Shown here one piece after another: positions 37,249 to 46,984 of a DNA stretch of 64,000 bases. Each line of letters starts with the position of its first letter. Position 1 is the stretch's first letter. The DNA lies in IMG/VR virus record IMGVR_UViG_3300045988_170943, positions 192,001 to 256,000 of that record; one strand, given 5' to 3'. The notes under the pieces are model-generated. The model was not told the origin of the DNA, did not search any database, and saw only the letters and a list, made by a program, of their open reading frames with translations. A program made the position numbers and the translations under genes. This DNA comes from a virus.

Positions 37249-39792
37249 GTGAAACTCAACGTTGATGGTGACATGATCCCCTCCCTTGAGAGTACCTACT
37301 GGTCCACCCCGGAGTGCCCCGTCCCCGAGAAACACTCGTCACGAGAAGCCCGAGCAGTGTTCGCCAGCCTGATGCCTGAAGGGGCTACCGGATACTTCCC
37401 CACCAAGGACAAGAAACCAGTTGAGGATCACTGGGACCCGGCCCCCTTCCTTCAGGAACCCAAGGGCGGTGACAAAGAGAACCCCGGCAGGTGGTACCTC
37501 TTTGAGGACGGCAAGTGGGAGGACGGCACCAACTACACGTACGCGGTCTACATCACACCTGGCAGCAACATCTGCGTCTTCGATCTCGACCCCCCCAGAG
37601 ACCTGACAGGAAACCCGGACATGAAGTACCGGGTAGTAGAAAAAATGCGCGACAGGTTCTCCAAGATGCTGAAGACCGACCTGTCCGAGACAACGACCGT
37701 GCGCACCCCAAGCGGAGGGATGCACCTCACCGTCGAACTCCCCAAAAGGTTCACCCCATCCCCCAACACCAGCACCCACAGGGCCCCAGGAAAAGGGTTC
37801 CCCATCAAAACACTCGCCAAGTACAACCGGCACTTCGAGAAGATCACAGGCATCAACCCCCACCTGAACGGCGACATCCGCTCCGCCCACTCCAAAGGGT
37901 ACGTGAACGGCCCAACCCGACTCTGGGACTGGGAGAACCCCGCACGTAACTACACGGCCGGGAAGAACGCCTACTTCCTAATGAACCGCAAGAAGCCACT
38001 CAAGTTGTCGGTGAAGGCGTGCCAGATCCTCAGGGACGGAGCCTACCTGGAGTACAAGCAAGCCAGCAAAAGAGACCGCAAAAAAAGAGCAGAGTCAGAA
38101 AAGCGACGTAACGCCAAGCACGAGCAAGGCGACCGTGACCGGCGGCCACTAGGCTACTGGCTCAACAAACACCTAGACAACACCAAGCACCTTGAAGCCG
38201 ACTACAAGAACCTCTTCGGTGGCGACAGTTACGCCAGCACCCTCCTGAATGAAGCCCCAGGCGTTGAGGTCCTAGACATCCTCGCCAAGCAGATCACCCA
38301 GTTCTATGAGGGCGAGGACACCCTAGAGACGTTCCACGGGTGGCGATCCATCATCACCCAGTCCATGGCCTGCCACTACAGCAACAAGCAGATCATGGGA
38401 GCATGCATCGCCCTGAGAGCAGATAGGGACACGCACCGTGGAAGCCGCATCAGCACCAAGGAACTGCGACAGGACATCAGGAAGGTGCTGTGGAAGGCCA
38501 AAAAGCGTGAGGGCGGCATATTCCACGGGCCAGCCTGCCCAGAGAGCATCCTCCGCAACACCAAGATGGCCGGTAAACCCAAGCCCCAGGACCGCATTGA
38601 CGCCACCGGTGACAAAGGGCAGGCGGAACTTGACGCATTCCTGAAGTACCGGAGAGACAAGATCCTTGAAGGCACATGGGGTCGTCGTGGCGCCGGTTTC
38701 ACCTCCTTCTACAACCCCAGGGTCATTGACATCGTGAAGGCATCCGATGCGCTCATGTCCCCACGTGGCGGCATGTTCACCCAGAAGTACCGTGACGCGA
38801 TGGGCATCCTTGACGCTATCGCCCAGCCCTTGTGCAACGTCGGCGACCACATGTTCCCCATGGCATACAACTTCACTGCCGGGATGCTGAAACTTGACGG
38901 CCCTAACGCCCACGACCGGGTAAAGGAAGCCCTCAGGTACCTCAGGGACCAGAAGGTGCTGGAGGTCACCAACAAGCAATACGAGGGGCTGGCCGCTACA
39001 TACACGGTCGCGGACGAGTTCATCAACGACACTCTCACCAGGGCACTTAAGTCATCATGGCGCAACCAGTTACCTGACGCCAACAATGAGCGGGAGCCAC
39101 TATTCTTCGACCGCCGGTCCGGTGAGTTCCGCCAGGTGTTCACAGGCGCTATCGTCACCAGCAAGTTCAACTACAACAAAGAGGTCCAGGAGATCATCAA
39201 CTGCGTGAACCTGGACTACACCGACCCCAGCCTGGTTGGGCCTGCTACCGCGATCCGGTACCTGAAAGATGAGCGCATGACCCGTGGCGTCATGCTCGCC
39301 GAGGACAACACCACCTTGTACAACGAGGCTACTGGCGAAGTCGTGGAGCAAGTCCCGTGCGTGACAACCCATGGGGCCGCCGCCCAGGTCATGGGTGTGG
39401 CATGGGCAAGGCCCGTTGACTTTGTGAGCGACCTGGAACAGATCTGGGCGGACTGCCCAGCACCTGAGGAGATCGCATACGACGAGTTCAACGACCCGGA
39501 CCATGCGCTGGAGGTTGACGAGCGGTGGCAGCCCGACGCGATGGAACCCGACCCTGTGGCAGACTCAGCGCCCGCACGATTCATAGGGCCACCGGGCACT
39601 CCTTACACCTCTCCCAGTAATGATGGCTGGACCAAGGGTGGGGTTGACAGCGTGTGCTACAATGGTTACGGAAGCGTCAATAAAGATAACAATAAAGATA
39701 AACAGGCGCTTCACTACCACCACATGACTGAGGAGATAGAATGCCTAAGAAGCGGAAGTCGCGTAAGCGCAATGGCAGGGGCGCCACTTTAG
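37249..39792 (+). CDS. Primase-polymerase (archaeo-eukaryotic primase, Prim-Pol) domain protein with a large C-terminal extension.
   Basis: NICVFDLDPP (DxD) and TPSGGMHLTV (sGG-H) are Prim-Pol motifs. GTG start with RBS AAGAGGGG. Confidence 0.6.
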   Translation: MKLNVDGDMIPSLESTYWSTPECPVPEKHSSREARAVFASLMPEGATGYFPTKDKKPVEDHWDPAPFLQEPKGGDKENPGRWYLFEDGKWEDGTNYTYAVYITPGSNICVFDLDPPRDLTGNPDMKYRVVEKMRDRFSKMLKTDLSETTTVRTPSGGMHLTVELPKRFTPSPNTSTHRAPGKGFPIKTLAKYNRHFEKITGINPHLNGDIRSAHSKGYVNGPTRLWDWENPARNYTAGKNAYFLMNRKKPLKLSVKACQILRDGAYLEYKQASKRDRKKRAESEKRRNAKHEQGDRDRRPLGYWLNKHLDNTKHLEADYKNLFGGDSYASTLLNEAPGVEVLDILAKQITQFYEGEDTLETFHGWRSIITQSMACHYSNKQIMGACIALRADRDTHRGSRISTKELRQDIRKVLWKAKKREGGIFHGPACPESILRNTKMAGKPKPQDRIDATGDKGQAELDAFLKYRRDKILEGTWGRRGAGFTSFYNPRVIDIVKASDALMSPRGGMFTQKYRDAMGILDAIAQPLCNVGDHMFPMAYNFTAGMLKLDGPNAHDRVKEALRYLRDQKVLEVTNKQYEGLAATYTVADEFINDTLTRALKSSWRNQLPDANNEREPLFFDRRSGEFRQVFTGAIVTSKFNYNKEVQEIINCVNLDYTDPSLVGPATAIRYLKDERMTRGVMLAEDNTTLYNEATGEVVEQVPCVTTHGAAAQVMGVAWARPVDFVSDLEQIWADCPAPEEIAYDEFNDPDHALEVDERWQPDAMEPDPVADSAPARFIGPPGTPYTSPSNDGWTKGGVDSVCYNGYGSVNKDNNKDKQALHYHHMTEEIECLRSGSRVSAMAGAPL

Positions 39793-39998
39793 GTTCTGAC
39801 TGGAGAACCCGCCACCTGGTGACAGACCAGAACCCACTGTATGTGCGTGACGAGAAGGCCGCAGAGGAACTTCGTGCCTTTTTCGCGTCCGGGGCTGTCA
39901 GGATGATAGGTGGCGACGGGCTCTTCTCCGACATGGAGGACCATTACGGGTACGACTGGCGTGACAGCGTAGACGAGATGGGCGACCCAGAGGACTAG
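39741..39998 (+). CDS. Small basic protein of 85 aa that overlaps the 3' end of the Prim-Pol gene.
   Basis: RBS GAGGAG before the ATG. Basic N-terminus KKRKSRKRNGRG and acidic C-terminus. Confidence 0.35.
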   Translation: MPKKRKSRKRNGRGATLGSDWRTRHLVTDQNPLYVRDEKAAEELRAFFASGAVRMIGGDGLFSDMEDHYGYDWRDSVDEMGDPED

Positions 39999-40239
39999 AC
40001 CCGCCCCCTGAACCCTGAGATCAGATACGCCCTCCCTTGGGTGAGGCGGCACACACCCTAGTGCGAGTGCGAAACCACTTGGACGCGACATGCCCCATAC
40101 AGGGAATGTGATCATCACAACAAGGGGTGACCCCTCATAGTTTGTGCCCACTAGATTAATCCGTGCTAACATACGTGACCGTATAGGCCCCGCCCGTTTG
40201 CGTGCGCGGGGCGGGAATCTAGAAATGAGGGGCGGCAAG

Positions 40240-42741
40240 ATGCTGACAAAGACACCGCAAAGGACCTACCCGGAGGAGACCCACCTGGTAGGGAAGGTCG
40301 TTGATATGACTGTGGCGCCGGAGGCCATGGGGCACATCGTGCAGCGGTTGACAGACATTTACGCCGACCCGCTGGTGGCTGCTGTCCGTGAGGTGGTGTC
40401 GAATGCTCAGGATGCCACCAAAGCCGCCGGTAGCGACCGTCTGGTTGAGGTCTCGTCCCCAACGTACAGCGACCCACACCTGACGGTCATCGATCATGGT
40501 ACGGGCATGACCCCTGACATCATGGAGTCCATCTACCTGACCTATGGTGTGTCCACGAAGAGCACAGACATGGGGCAGGTGGGTGCGTATGGGCTTGGCG
40601 CGAAGGCCCCGCTTGCCTACAGTGACCGGTTCCAGGTAACCAGTGTCCGGGGCGGGGTGAAGACGTTCGCTGAGATCTACCTGGATGACGCTGGGCCGCA
40701 CGCGAATGTTCGCACCGCCAGCACAGGGGGGCCGGACGGGACCATGGTGCGTATCCCCATTCAGGGGAAGGACTTCGAGAAAGCCAATGAGACACTAGCG
40801 TCGTACAGCAAGTACGGCGGCATGTCCCCCATCGTCATCAACGGCATCACCTATGACACGTGCAAGGATCTAGTGTATGTGGGAGAGGTGGTCCTGGATG
40901 CCGTGTCGGGTGTGAAGGGCGGCCTGTGGGTGCGCGACCCGTACACTGTCGGTGATGGCATACCGAGTCTGATTGATAACGTCATCCACCGGTGGGAGGA
41001 CCCGGAACTGGTTCTGTGCGGATACAAGTACAACCACAAAGGCGAGAAGGACGGCTACAGTCGCCTGACGGTGCAGATAGAGCCTGGCGTGGTAGACTTC
41101 CCGTCCTCCAGGGACACCATCATCAACAACAGTCGTCTCACTGATCTGGTTGGCAGTGTGAAGAACCAGGCCGCTGAGGGCGATCTGCTAACGAGGTTGC
41201 GGGCGATTCACGTGTCGCACCAGAAGCCCTGCAATGTGCACAAGGCTGCTGAGGGAAGCATGCTGCTGGCCCACAAGGATGGCACCATGAGCCTCGACGG
41301 GGAGGTGTTTGACCCTGCCCTGCTGGACGGCCCTATGGGGGTGGATGCGTCCAGGGTAATGCGTGAGCCTGGTAACGTGTTCGCCACTGTCCGGTTGGAC
41401 AAATATGAGCGCAAGTGCTTCACCCAGGTTGTTGACGACTATGATGGAGGCGAGACTGATGTGCCTTACCCGATAGTCGCGGGTGATGTCTATAGCGTGA
41501 GCGTGTTGAAACCAAAGGTGAAGGCCGCGTTCACCAAGGGTGCTGGGGTGTCGGCCCTGTCGTTCGTTGCGGGCATGAAGTACGACCCACTGCGCCCGAT
41601 CCTGGTGGGATGCTCCAGTGAACGGGATATCGAACATGTGATCCGGTGGCGTCAGGAGATCCTGAACACATACGGTAGCAAGGTTAACCTGTTCATGGTT
41701 CGTGGCACCCCAACCCTGAGTGACGCTGATGAGGCCCACCGGCACCTGTGGGACCCTAACGACACGCTCCGGGAGATGACCGCGACCGAACTGCTGGATA
41801 GTGTCGGAGCCACCGGCAAGAAGTCCCAGGCGACTGAGCGCATGTTCGATGGTGTCACCTTGTTTGACAACCGACACGAAACCGTGGTGACTTCCCGTGA
41901 AGTGACCGACCCTAGCGCGATCTATAGGTTCGGCTGCAACAGTGAAGATGCGTCCTCCACCAGGAACACACTGACTTTCCGTGATGTGACCAGTGACCCT
42001 AACACGCTGATCCTCATTGACAATAACCCCATATACTCCGATGTGAAAGACGTACTGAATGGCTACCTACACGCTGAGGGTGACAGAGCGCTAGAAGGTA
42101 AGCGCCTAGTCCAGGGGAAGTCGCTGACGAAGACTCTGCTCAGCGCGGTCCCGAAAGAACGGCTCCTTGTCGGTGGTGACCCACGTGTCCGCGATAAGAA
42201 CCTGCTGAAATCACTCGATGACCGCCGGTTCCGCCTCGACCACAAGTTCGATCACATGCTGGCCCAGGACAAGGCCATGATGATGGTCGCAGCATTGAAG
42301 CGCCACAGGTGCAGGACTCAAGCGTTCCTTCCTCACCTCGTCACAAAGGAGACGTACCCGAACCTGTGGGAGATGAACCAAATCCTTGGTGCAGTCAACA
42401 AGCACTACGGGAAGAAGGTGTTCATCCCGGATTACAGGGTGAAATACGGGCGCGTCATGGGTGAGGAGAACGCCGCATGGGTGGAGACCATCATCGCCAT
42501 GGAAAACTCCAGCGAATGGTCTTCCACTGGCCTGTTCCATGTGATCAACGACGTAAGGACCTACTACAGGGGAATGCCGCAGCGGGTCGTGAACGCAGTT
42601 ATGGGTGAGTTCGAGGCTGAATGCCAGAAGATCCTTGATAAGGGGCACCGTCGCGTGAAGGCCGACATGGAGGCACTTGAAGATGAGTCCATGGTTGAGA
42701 TGTTCCGGAAGAAGCAGTCCATTATCACCGAGCAGGTATGA
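40240..42741 (+). CDS. GHKL-superfamily ATPase (HATPase_c_3, Hsp90/MORC-like N-terminus) with a long domain of unknown function.
   Basis: N-box REVVSNAQDA. G1 DHGTGM. G2 IGQVGAYGLGAKAP (compare Hsp90 GQFGVGFYS). Start chosen at the ATG at 40240, which has an RBS. The ORF is open from 40144. Confidence 0.55.
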   Translation: MLTKTPQRTYPEETHLVGKVVDMTVAPEAMGHIVQRLTDIYADPLVAAVREVVSNAQDATKAAGSDRLVEVSSPTYSDPHLTVIDHGTGMTPDIMESIYLTYGVSTKSTDMGQVGAYGLGAKAPLAYSDRFQVTSVRGGVKTFAEIYLDDAGPHANVRTASTGGPDGTMVRIPIQGKDFEKANETLASYSKYGGMSPIVINGITYDTCKDLVYVGEVVLDAVSGVKGGLWVRDPYTVGDGIPSLIDNVIHRWEDPELVLCGYKYNHKGEKDGYSRLTVQIEPGVVDFPSSRDTIINNSRLTDLVGSVKNQAAEGDLLTRLRAIHVSHQKPCNVHKAAEGSMLLAHKDGTMSLDGEVFDPALLDGPMGVDASRVMREPGNVFATVRLDKYERKCFTQVVDDYDGGETDVPYPIVAGDVYSVSVLKPKVKAAFTKGAGVSALSFVAGMKYDPLRPILVGCSSERDIEHVIRWRQEILNTYGSKVNLFMVRGTPTLSDADEAHRHLWDPNDTLREMTATELLDSVGATGKKSQATERMFDGVTLFDNRHETVVTSREVTDPSAIYRFGCNSEDASSTRNTLTFRDVTSDPNTLILIDNNPIYSDVKDVLNGYLHAEGDRALEGKRLVQGKSLTKTLLSAVPKERLLVGGDPRVRDKNLLKSLDDRRFRLDHKFDHMLAQDKAMMMVAALKRHRCRTQAFLPHLVTKETYPNLWEMNQILGAVNKHYGKKVFIPDYRVKYGRVMGEENAAWVETIIAMENSSEWSSTGLFHVINDVRTYYRGMPQRVVNAVMGEFEAECQKILDKGHRRVKADMEALEDESMVEMFRKKQSIITEQV

Positions 42742-42903
42742 TGCCCTAGAGGAAAGGCAGAGCCCAGGCCACAACAGGGGCACATGCAAGATTGGAAAAT
42801 AGTGAAAAAGACACACCACGCCTGTGCAGTTTAGCCCCAACGCTACCCCTCTGACCTGACCCCACCCCCTTTGGCGTCAAGCACCCACCTAGGAGAAGCA
42901 AGC

Positions 42904-43950
42904 ATGTACGACTTCGACTCGATCACCACCAGTCAGGTCACTCTACCCTACCGAGACAGGCCCTACCTGAGAACCAACTACAGTGACCCGCACCTGGCCG
43001 GTTACGAGGTCACAGTAGTTGAGGACACGCGACTGGACCGACCCGAGAACATGGGTGACGAAGGAGTGCGGTGCCTGACCCTGATCGCCCGGTTCCCGAG
43101 GTGCATCCTCCCAGAAGTGAATACGCACCGGGTCATCTCCAAGAACAGTGCCTCCAGCCGCGCCAGAAGCGTCAAAGCAACCATTGGTGCCGTCATGCGT
43201 GACCCCTATGTGCCCCTATTCACCTCCAACCAGAAAGGCATGTCCGGCAGGTTCCTAACCGGCAGGAAACGTGACGCCGCAGAGACAAGGTGGCTGGCGG
43301 GCCGCGACCTAGCCGTCTCCACTGAACTATCCCTCCTAACAGGTAAGCCACTAGACCCGGATCTGTACCTCGACTGGGAGGGCCGCCTAGACTCCTACTA
43401 CAAGGACGTCTACCAGGCGGATACCCCAGGAGCGTATGCTTTAAGCGTCCACAAACAGAACGCGAACCGAGTCATCGAACCATACATGTGGCATGAGGCC
43501 CTACTGACCTCAACCATGTGGGACAACTTCATCCATCTGCGTACCGACCTGGCGACAGCCCAGCCAGAGATCGTAGCCCTGGCGCGGCTCATCCAGGCAG
43601 CCCTGAAGGAATCTACCCCGGACACGTCATGGATCCACCTGCCGTTTGCTAAAAACCGCCCCCAGGAGACCACCGATTTTGTGTCTCTACGTGACGAACT
43701 GATGATGGCAGCCACCCAGTGCGCCCAAATCTCATACCGGGACAAGTCCACCGCAACAGCCTCCACCGCCACCACCGCCCTAGGTGAGCGACTACTGGCG
43801 TCAGGTCACATGTCACCGTTCGAGCACGTAGCGTTCGACGCCCGGAAGTACGCCGAGTTCACAGATGAAGACCTACCTAGGGACGCTCAGCGGCTACGCA
43901 GCAACCTTGGTGACGAGTGGGTGCAGTTACGGCACGCCCTCACCAGGTAG
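42904..43950 (+). CDS. ThyX-like flavin-dependent thymidylate synthase, apparently circularly permuted.
   Basis: THRVISKNSASSR matches the ThyX RHRxxSxxxxSxR motif. WDNFIHLRTDLATAQPEIVALARL matches the ThyX C-terminal WRHFI...EIR block. The first ThyX motif GHxSxxEH appears at the C-terminus as KSTATASTATTALGERLLASGHMSPFEHVAF. Confidence 0.5.
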   Translation: MYDFDSITTSQVTLPYRDRPYLRTNYSDPHLAGYEVTVVEDTRLDRPENMGDEGVRCLTLIARFPRCILPEVNTHRVISKNSASSRARSVKATIGAVMRDPYVPLFTSNQKGMSGRFLTGRKRDAAETRWLAGRDLAVSTELSLLTGKPLDPDLYLDWEGRLDSYYKDVYQADTPGAYALSVHKQNANRVIEPYMWHEALLTSTMWDNFIHLRTDLATAQPEIVALARLIQAALKESTPDTSWIHLPFAKNRPQETTDFVSLRDELMMAATQCAQISYRDKSTATASTATTALGERLLASGHMSPFEHVAFDARKYAEFTDEDLPRDAQRLRSNLGDEWVQLRHALTR

Positions 43951-44191
43951 GACACCACCAACACTTACTTACCTCTCACCTACCTTCACCCTTCCCTGCT
44001 ACTTGGCTCTTGCTCATAGCATTAATGGGATAAGAGTGGAAAAGACACAAGGTAAGCCGCCTGCAAGCGTACTGAGATGCGTCTTGCAGGCGGCTTACCT
44101 GCTTCTAGGACAAAATGCTTAGATACTAGGCCAGAACACTTGATGAATACCCACGAAAACACGGTAGGGTCAGGCAGAGAAGGTACGACAC

Positions 44192-44761
44192 ATGTGGCAT
44201 TTCAGCACTAAAAAGGACGGGGTGATGCCTTGCGGCGCCAAGACTCCAGACAAGTGCGACTACAAGGACCAGCCCCACTTCGCTACAGAGCAGGAGGCAA
44301 ACCGGGCATGGCATGAGACGAAACAGATCACTCACGGCCTGTTCGCCAACGCCAGCAGCAGAAACAGAAGAAAAACGGTCAAACACCCCACTAACATCAC
44401 CCACGGGGAGGACCCGGCAGCCAAGACACAGGGGACCAACACCCAAAACCAGCAGGCCAGCCGTGACACGCGGAACGAGCCTGACCGTGACGACAGGCGG
44501 ATTCAAGCACTGACCTCAATGACCCCAGACGAGGCCAGGCGCTACATCTCCAGCAGCCCAACGAGAGAAGAGATCACCGCTAACATCGTGGGCTCCAGGA
44601 TCAGTGAACTGGGCGTCAAGGTCGGTCACGTGAAGAGAGCCGCCACCAACGGGCACTGCGACACGGAAACACTACGATCCTATGCCGAGTCCATCCAGGG
44701 GGATGTTGACGATACCGTTTCGCTAACGGAAGCGCTCATGTTCTCCAAGAGTGGCAACTAG
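44192..44761 (+). CDS. Hypothetical protein with the shared N-terminal Cys module (MPCGAKTPDKCDY...EQEA).
   Basis: N-terminal alignment with ORFs 23631(-) and 35579. Confidence 0.45.
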   Translation: MWHFSTKKDGVMPCGAKTPDKCDYKDQPHFATEQEANRAWHETKQITHGLFANASSRNRRKTVKHPTNITHGEDPAAKTQGTNTQNQQASRDTRNEPDRDDRRIQALTSMTPDEARRYISSSPTREEITANIVGSRISELGVKVGHVKRAATNGHCDTETLRSYAESIQGDVDDTVSLTEALMFSKSGN

Positions 44762-44873
44762 TGCTACAATGACAACCATCCTGTCGTCTCTGTTGTGTAA
44801 AGCGTAGAACAGCCTAGAACAGGGCGATAGGATCCAAGGCAAGAGAAAACACACCTGGAGAGAAGACAACAAA

Positions 44874-45413
44874 ATGGGGAGGATCAGCCCCGAGGTCAAG
44901 ACGGCCCGGAGGATCAGACGCAGACTCAAGGCCGTCTCCGGCACAGTGGCCACTATCATGGTGATAGCCGTCACCCTCATCATTAGCCTCTACGCTGCCG
45001 GTGTCCGCACCTCCTACACGGTGTCAGGGTCCATGGAGCCCACCATTTACCGGGGAGACCTCATCCTGTCCTCCACCCGGTACAACGCCATCGACAAGGG
45101 TGACATCATCGTCTATCAAGCACACTGGTTCCAAGACAAGCCAGTCCTCCACAGAGTCAAAGACAAGGCCCTCAACAAGGATACGGGCGAGTTTCGCGGC
45201 TACATCACACGCGGCGACAACAACGACGCGGACGACCCTGAAACCGTCACCCCCAGCCAAGTAACCTCAGAGGTCATGGCAGTCATCCCCTATGCTGGCT
45301 GGGTTATCAACCCGTGGACGTTCGCGGCCGCTGCCACCCTCGTCATAACACTGACCCTGGCGACGCTCATCAACTGGGAGCAGGTGGCGGCACGTAGAAG
45401 AAAAACACCCTGA
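44874..45413 (+). CDS. Signal peptidase I of the S26B / SipW / ER type.
   Basis: Catalytic-Ser box SGSMEPT. RGDLIL. TRGDNNDADD. Flanking TM segments. Confidence 0.7.
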   Translation: MGRISPEVKTARRIRRRLKAVSGTVATIMVIAVTLIISLYAAGVRTSYTVSGSMEPTIYRGDLILSSTRYNAIDKGDIIVYQAHWFQDKPVLHRVKDKALNKDTGEFRGYITRGDNNDADDPETVTPSQVTSEVMAVIPYAGWVINPWTFAAAATLVITLTLATLINWEQVAARRRKTP

Positions 45414-45499
45414 CCCCAACCCTCTTTCCTCTATTCGGATTTGTGGGATATTGCCTACCTGACACAAGAAAGTCATGTCGGAGAGGCAGCAGGGCACCC

Positions 45500-45760
45500 A
45501 TGAGTTCATTCACCAAGTTAGTGGACGCAATCACGCAGCGCGCCACCGAACTAGAAGAAGCACCCAACGGTCGCCTCACCCTGGACGCCCTGTTCCTCAA
45601 AGCCCTCCACAAAACCATCAACGAGGTCCACAAGGGCGCTGAGCCTGACGACTTCACCGCCCTGGCCGTCATCAACCTTGTCATCATGGGCGCAGATGAG
45701 GGGCACACCGCCGAGGACATCAAGGCGTACATCACCCAGTTACGCACCGAGAGCAACTGA
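45500..45760 (+). CDS. Small hypothetical protein of 86 aa.
   Basis: ORF only. Confidence 0.3.
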   Translation: MSSFTKLVDAITQRATELEEAPNGRLTLDALFLKALHKTINEVHKGAEPDDFTALAVINLVIMGADEGHTAEDIKAYITQLRTESN

Positions 45761-45850
45761 CCTCTGGTGAGACGCCAGCACAGCAGCAAAACACGACACC
45801 ACCACAACACCAACGGTAACAGTGATTGTGGTGCGTCTCAGGCGGGGAAG

Positions 45851-46396
45851 ATGATCGCCTGGGTAGACGTAGAATCAACCGGCACCAGCGCAGACAAAGA
45901 CATGATCCTGGAGGTTGGCGGCATCATCACCGACATGCAAGGCCACCAGGTCGGCGACGAGTACACAACCCTCATCAACGTGGACCCAGTGTCAACAGCA
46001 ATCGCACTCGCCGACACCAAGGTCCGCACAATGCACGACACCTCCGGACTGTGGGCCGCACTCTGGTCCACCCCCAGCACCAACCTCAACCAGGTGGACG
46101 CCCAAATGGCTCACTGGATCGACACCACCACCCACGGGACACCAGTCCTCCTTGGTGGAAACTCCCCACACCTGGACCGCAACCTGATCTCAGTGAACCT
46201 GCCAGCAACCTACAGTCGCCTATCGCACAGAAGCATCGACGTCACCTCAATCGCCCTCATGCTCCAAGAGAACACGCCCATCAGCCGCTACCAGAAGAGT
46301 GGAACCCACAGGGCCCTGGAGGACGCTAGAGACTCCCTCAACGAGTACCGCTACTACCTGACCCAGTTAAACGGCCACCCACACCCCTGGGCCTGA
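45851..46396 (+). CDS. orn: Oligoribonuclease-like DEDDh 3'-5' exonuclease.
   Basis: WVDVESTG (DxE). HRALEDA (H-x4-D). Size and layout are Orn-like. Confidence 0.6.
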   Translation: MIAWVDVESTGTSADKDMILEVGGIITDMQGHQVGDEYTTLINVDPVSTAIALADTKVRTMHDTSGLWAALWSTPSTNLNQVDAQMAHWIDTTTHGTPVLLGGNSPHLDRNLISVNLPATYSRLSHRSIDVTSIALMLQENTPISRYQKSGTHRALEDARDSLNEYRYYLTQLNGHPHPWA

Positions 46397-46542
46397 AATA
46401 CGACACAAGAGGTGTGGGTCAAATCAGGTGGCCGGTGACTACCCAGAGCAAAGACCACCTCATAGTGTGACGCGGGTAGGATGACAGCCGACACGCACCA
46501 ACAACCAAGTAACATAGCAAACCCCTACAGATGAGGTAATGA

Positions 46543-46794
46543 ATGTCTGTCACCGTCTACACACTCCCCCACTGCTCCCAGTGCGAGGCAACCAAGCGTC
46601 TTCTCGACAAGAAGGGCGTCAGTTACACGGTCGCCGACCTGGACGGCGACAAACTGGCCGAGTTCAAGGCCCGCGGCCACCAGCAGGCACCCATCGTGAT
46701 CACCAGCGACGGCCAGGAGTGGAGCGGACTACGCCGAGACCTGATCGAGACCCTAACTGTTGAGGGTGAGTCCGAGAACCCATGGAACTTCTGA
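46543..46794 (+). CDS. nrdH: NrdH-like glutaredoxin.
   Basis: 83 aa. CSQC active site at the N-terminus. MSVTVYTLPHC. Confidence 0.65.
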   Translation: MSVTVYTLPHCSQCEATKRLLDKKGVSYTVADLDGDKLAEFKARGHQQAPIVITSDGQEWSGLRRDLIETLTVEGESENPWNF

Positions 46795-46849
46795 TACCCT
46801 GAGTTGATATAATAGAGCATGAGCGACAAAGATGATCCGCTCACAAGGC

Positions 46850-46903
46850 AAACCGCCCGCCGGTCCTCCTCCCTCCCCCTTTCCCAGGACCGGCGGGCGG
46901 TTT
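46850..46903 (+). terminator. Hairpin with a perfect 18-bp stem (aaaccgcccgccggtcct / aggaccggcgggcggttt) and an 18-nt polypyrimidine loop.
   Basis: Read directly. Lies between nrdH and dnaG. Confidence 0.55.
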
Positions 46904-46984
46904 CTTCATCCCTGAACCCGGGTATCCTGACAAAGTAGGCACCACACGAGCAACACGAGATGGGAACACAAGGGGGCGGCACGC

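Noticed and set aside
40144-40239. GTG at 40144 as the start of the GHKL gene.
   Set aside because: There is no RBS, and the N-terminal translation (RANIRDRIGPARLRARGG) is Arg-rich low complexity. The ATG at 40240 is preceded by GAGGGGCGG.
37249-42741. Either the 847-aa Prim-Pol or the 865-aa GHKL protein being the GyrA-like partner of the GyrB-like subunit.
   Set aside because: Neither has the GyrA/ParC N-terminal signature or a catalytic-Tyr region. The motifs instead indicate AEP primase and an Hsp90-like ATPase respectively.
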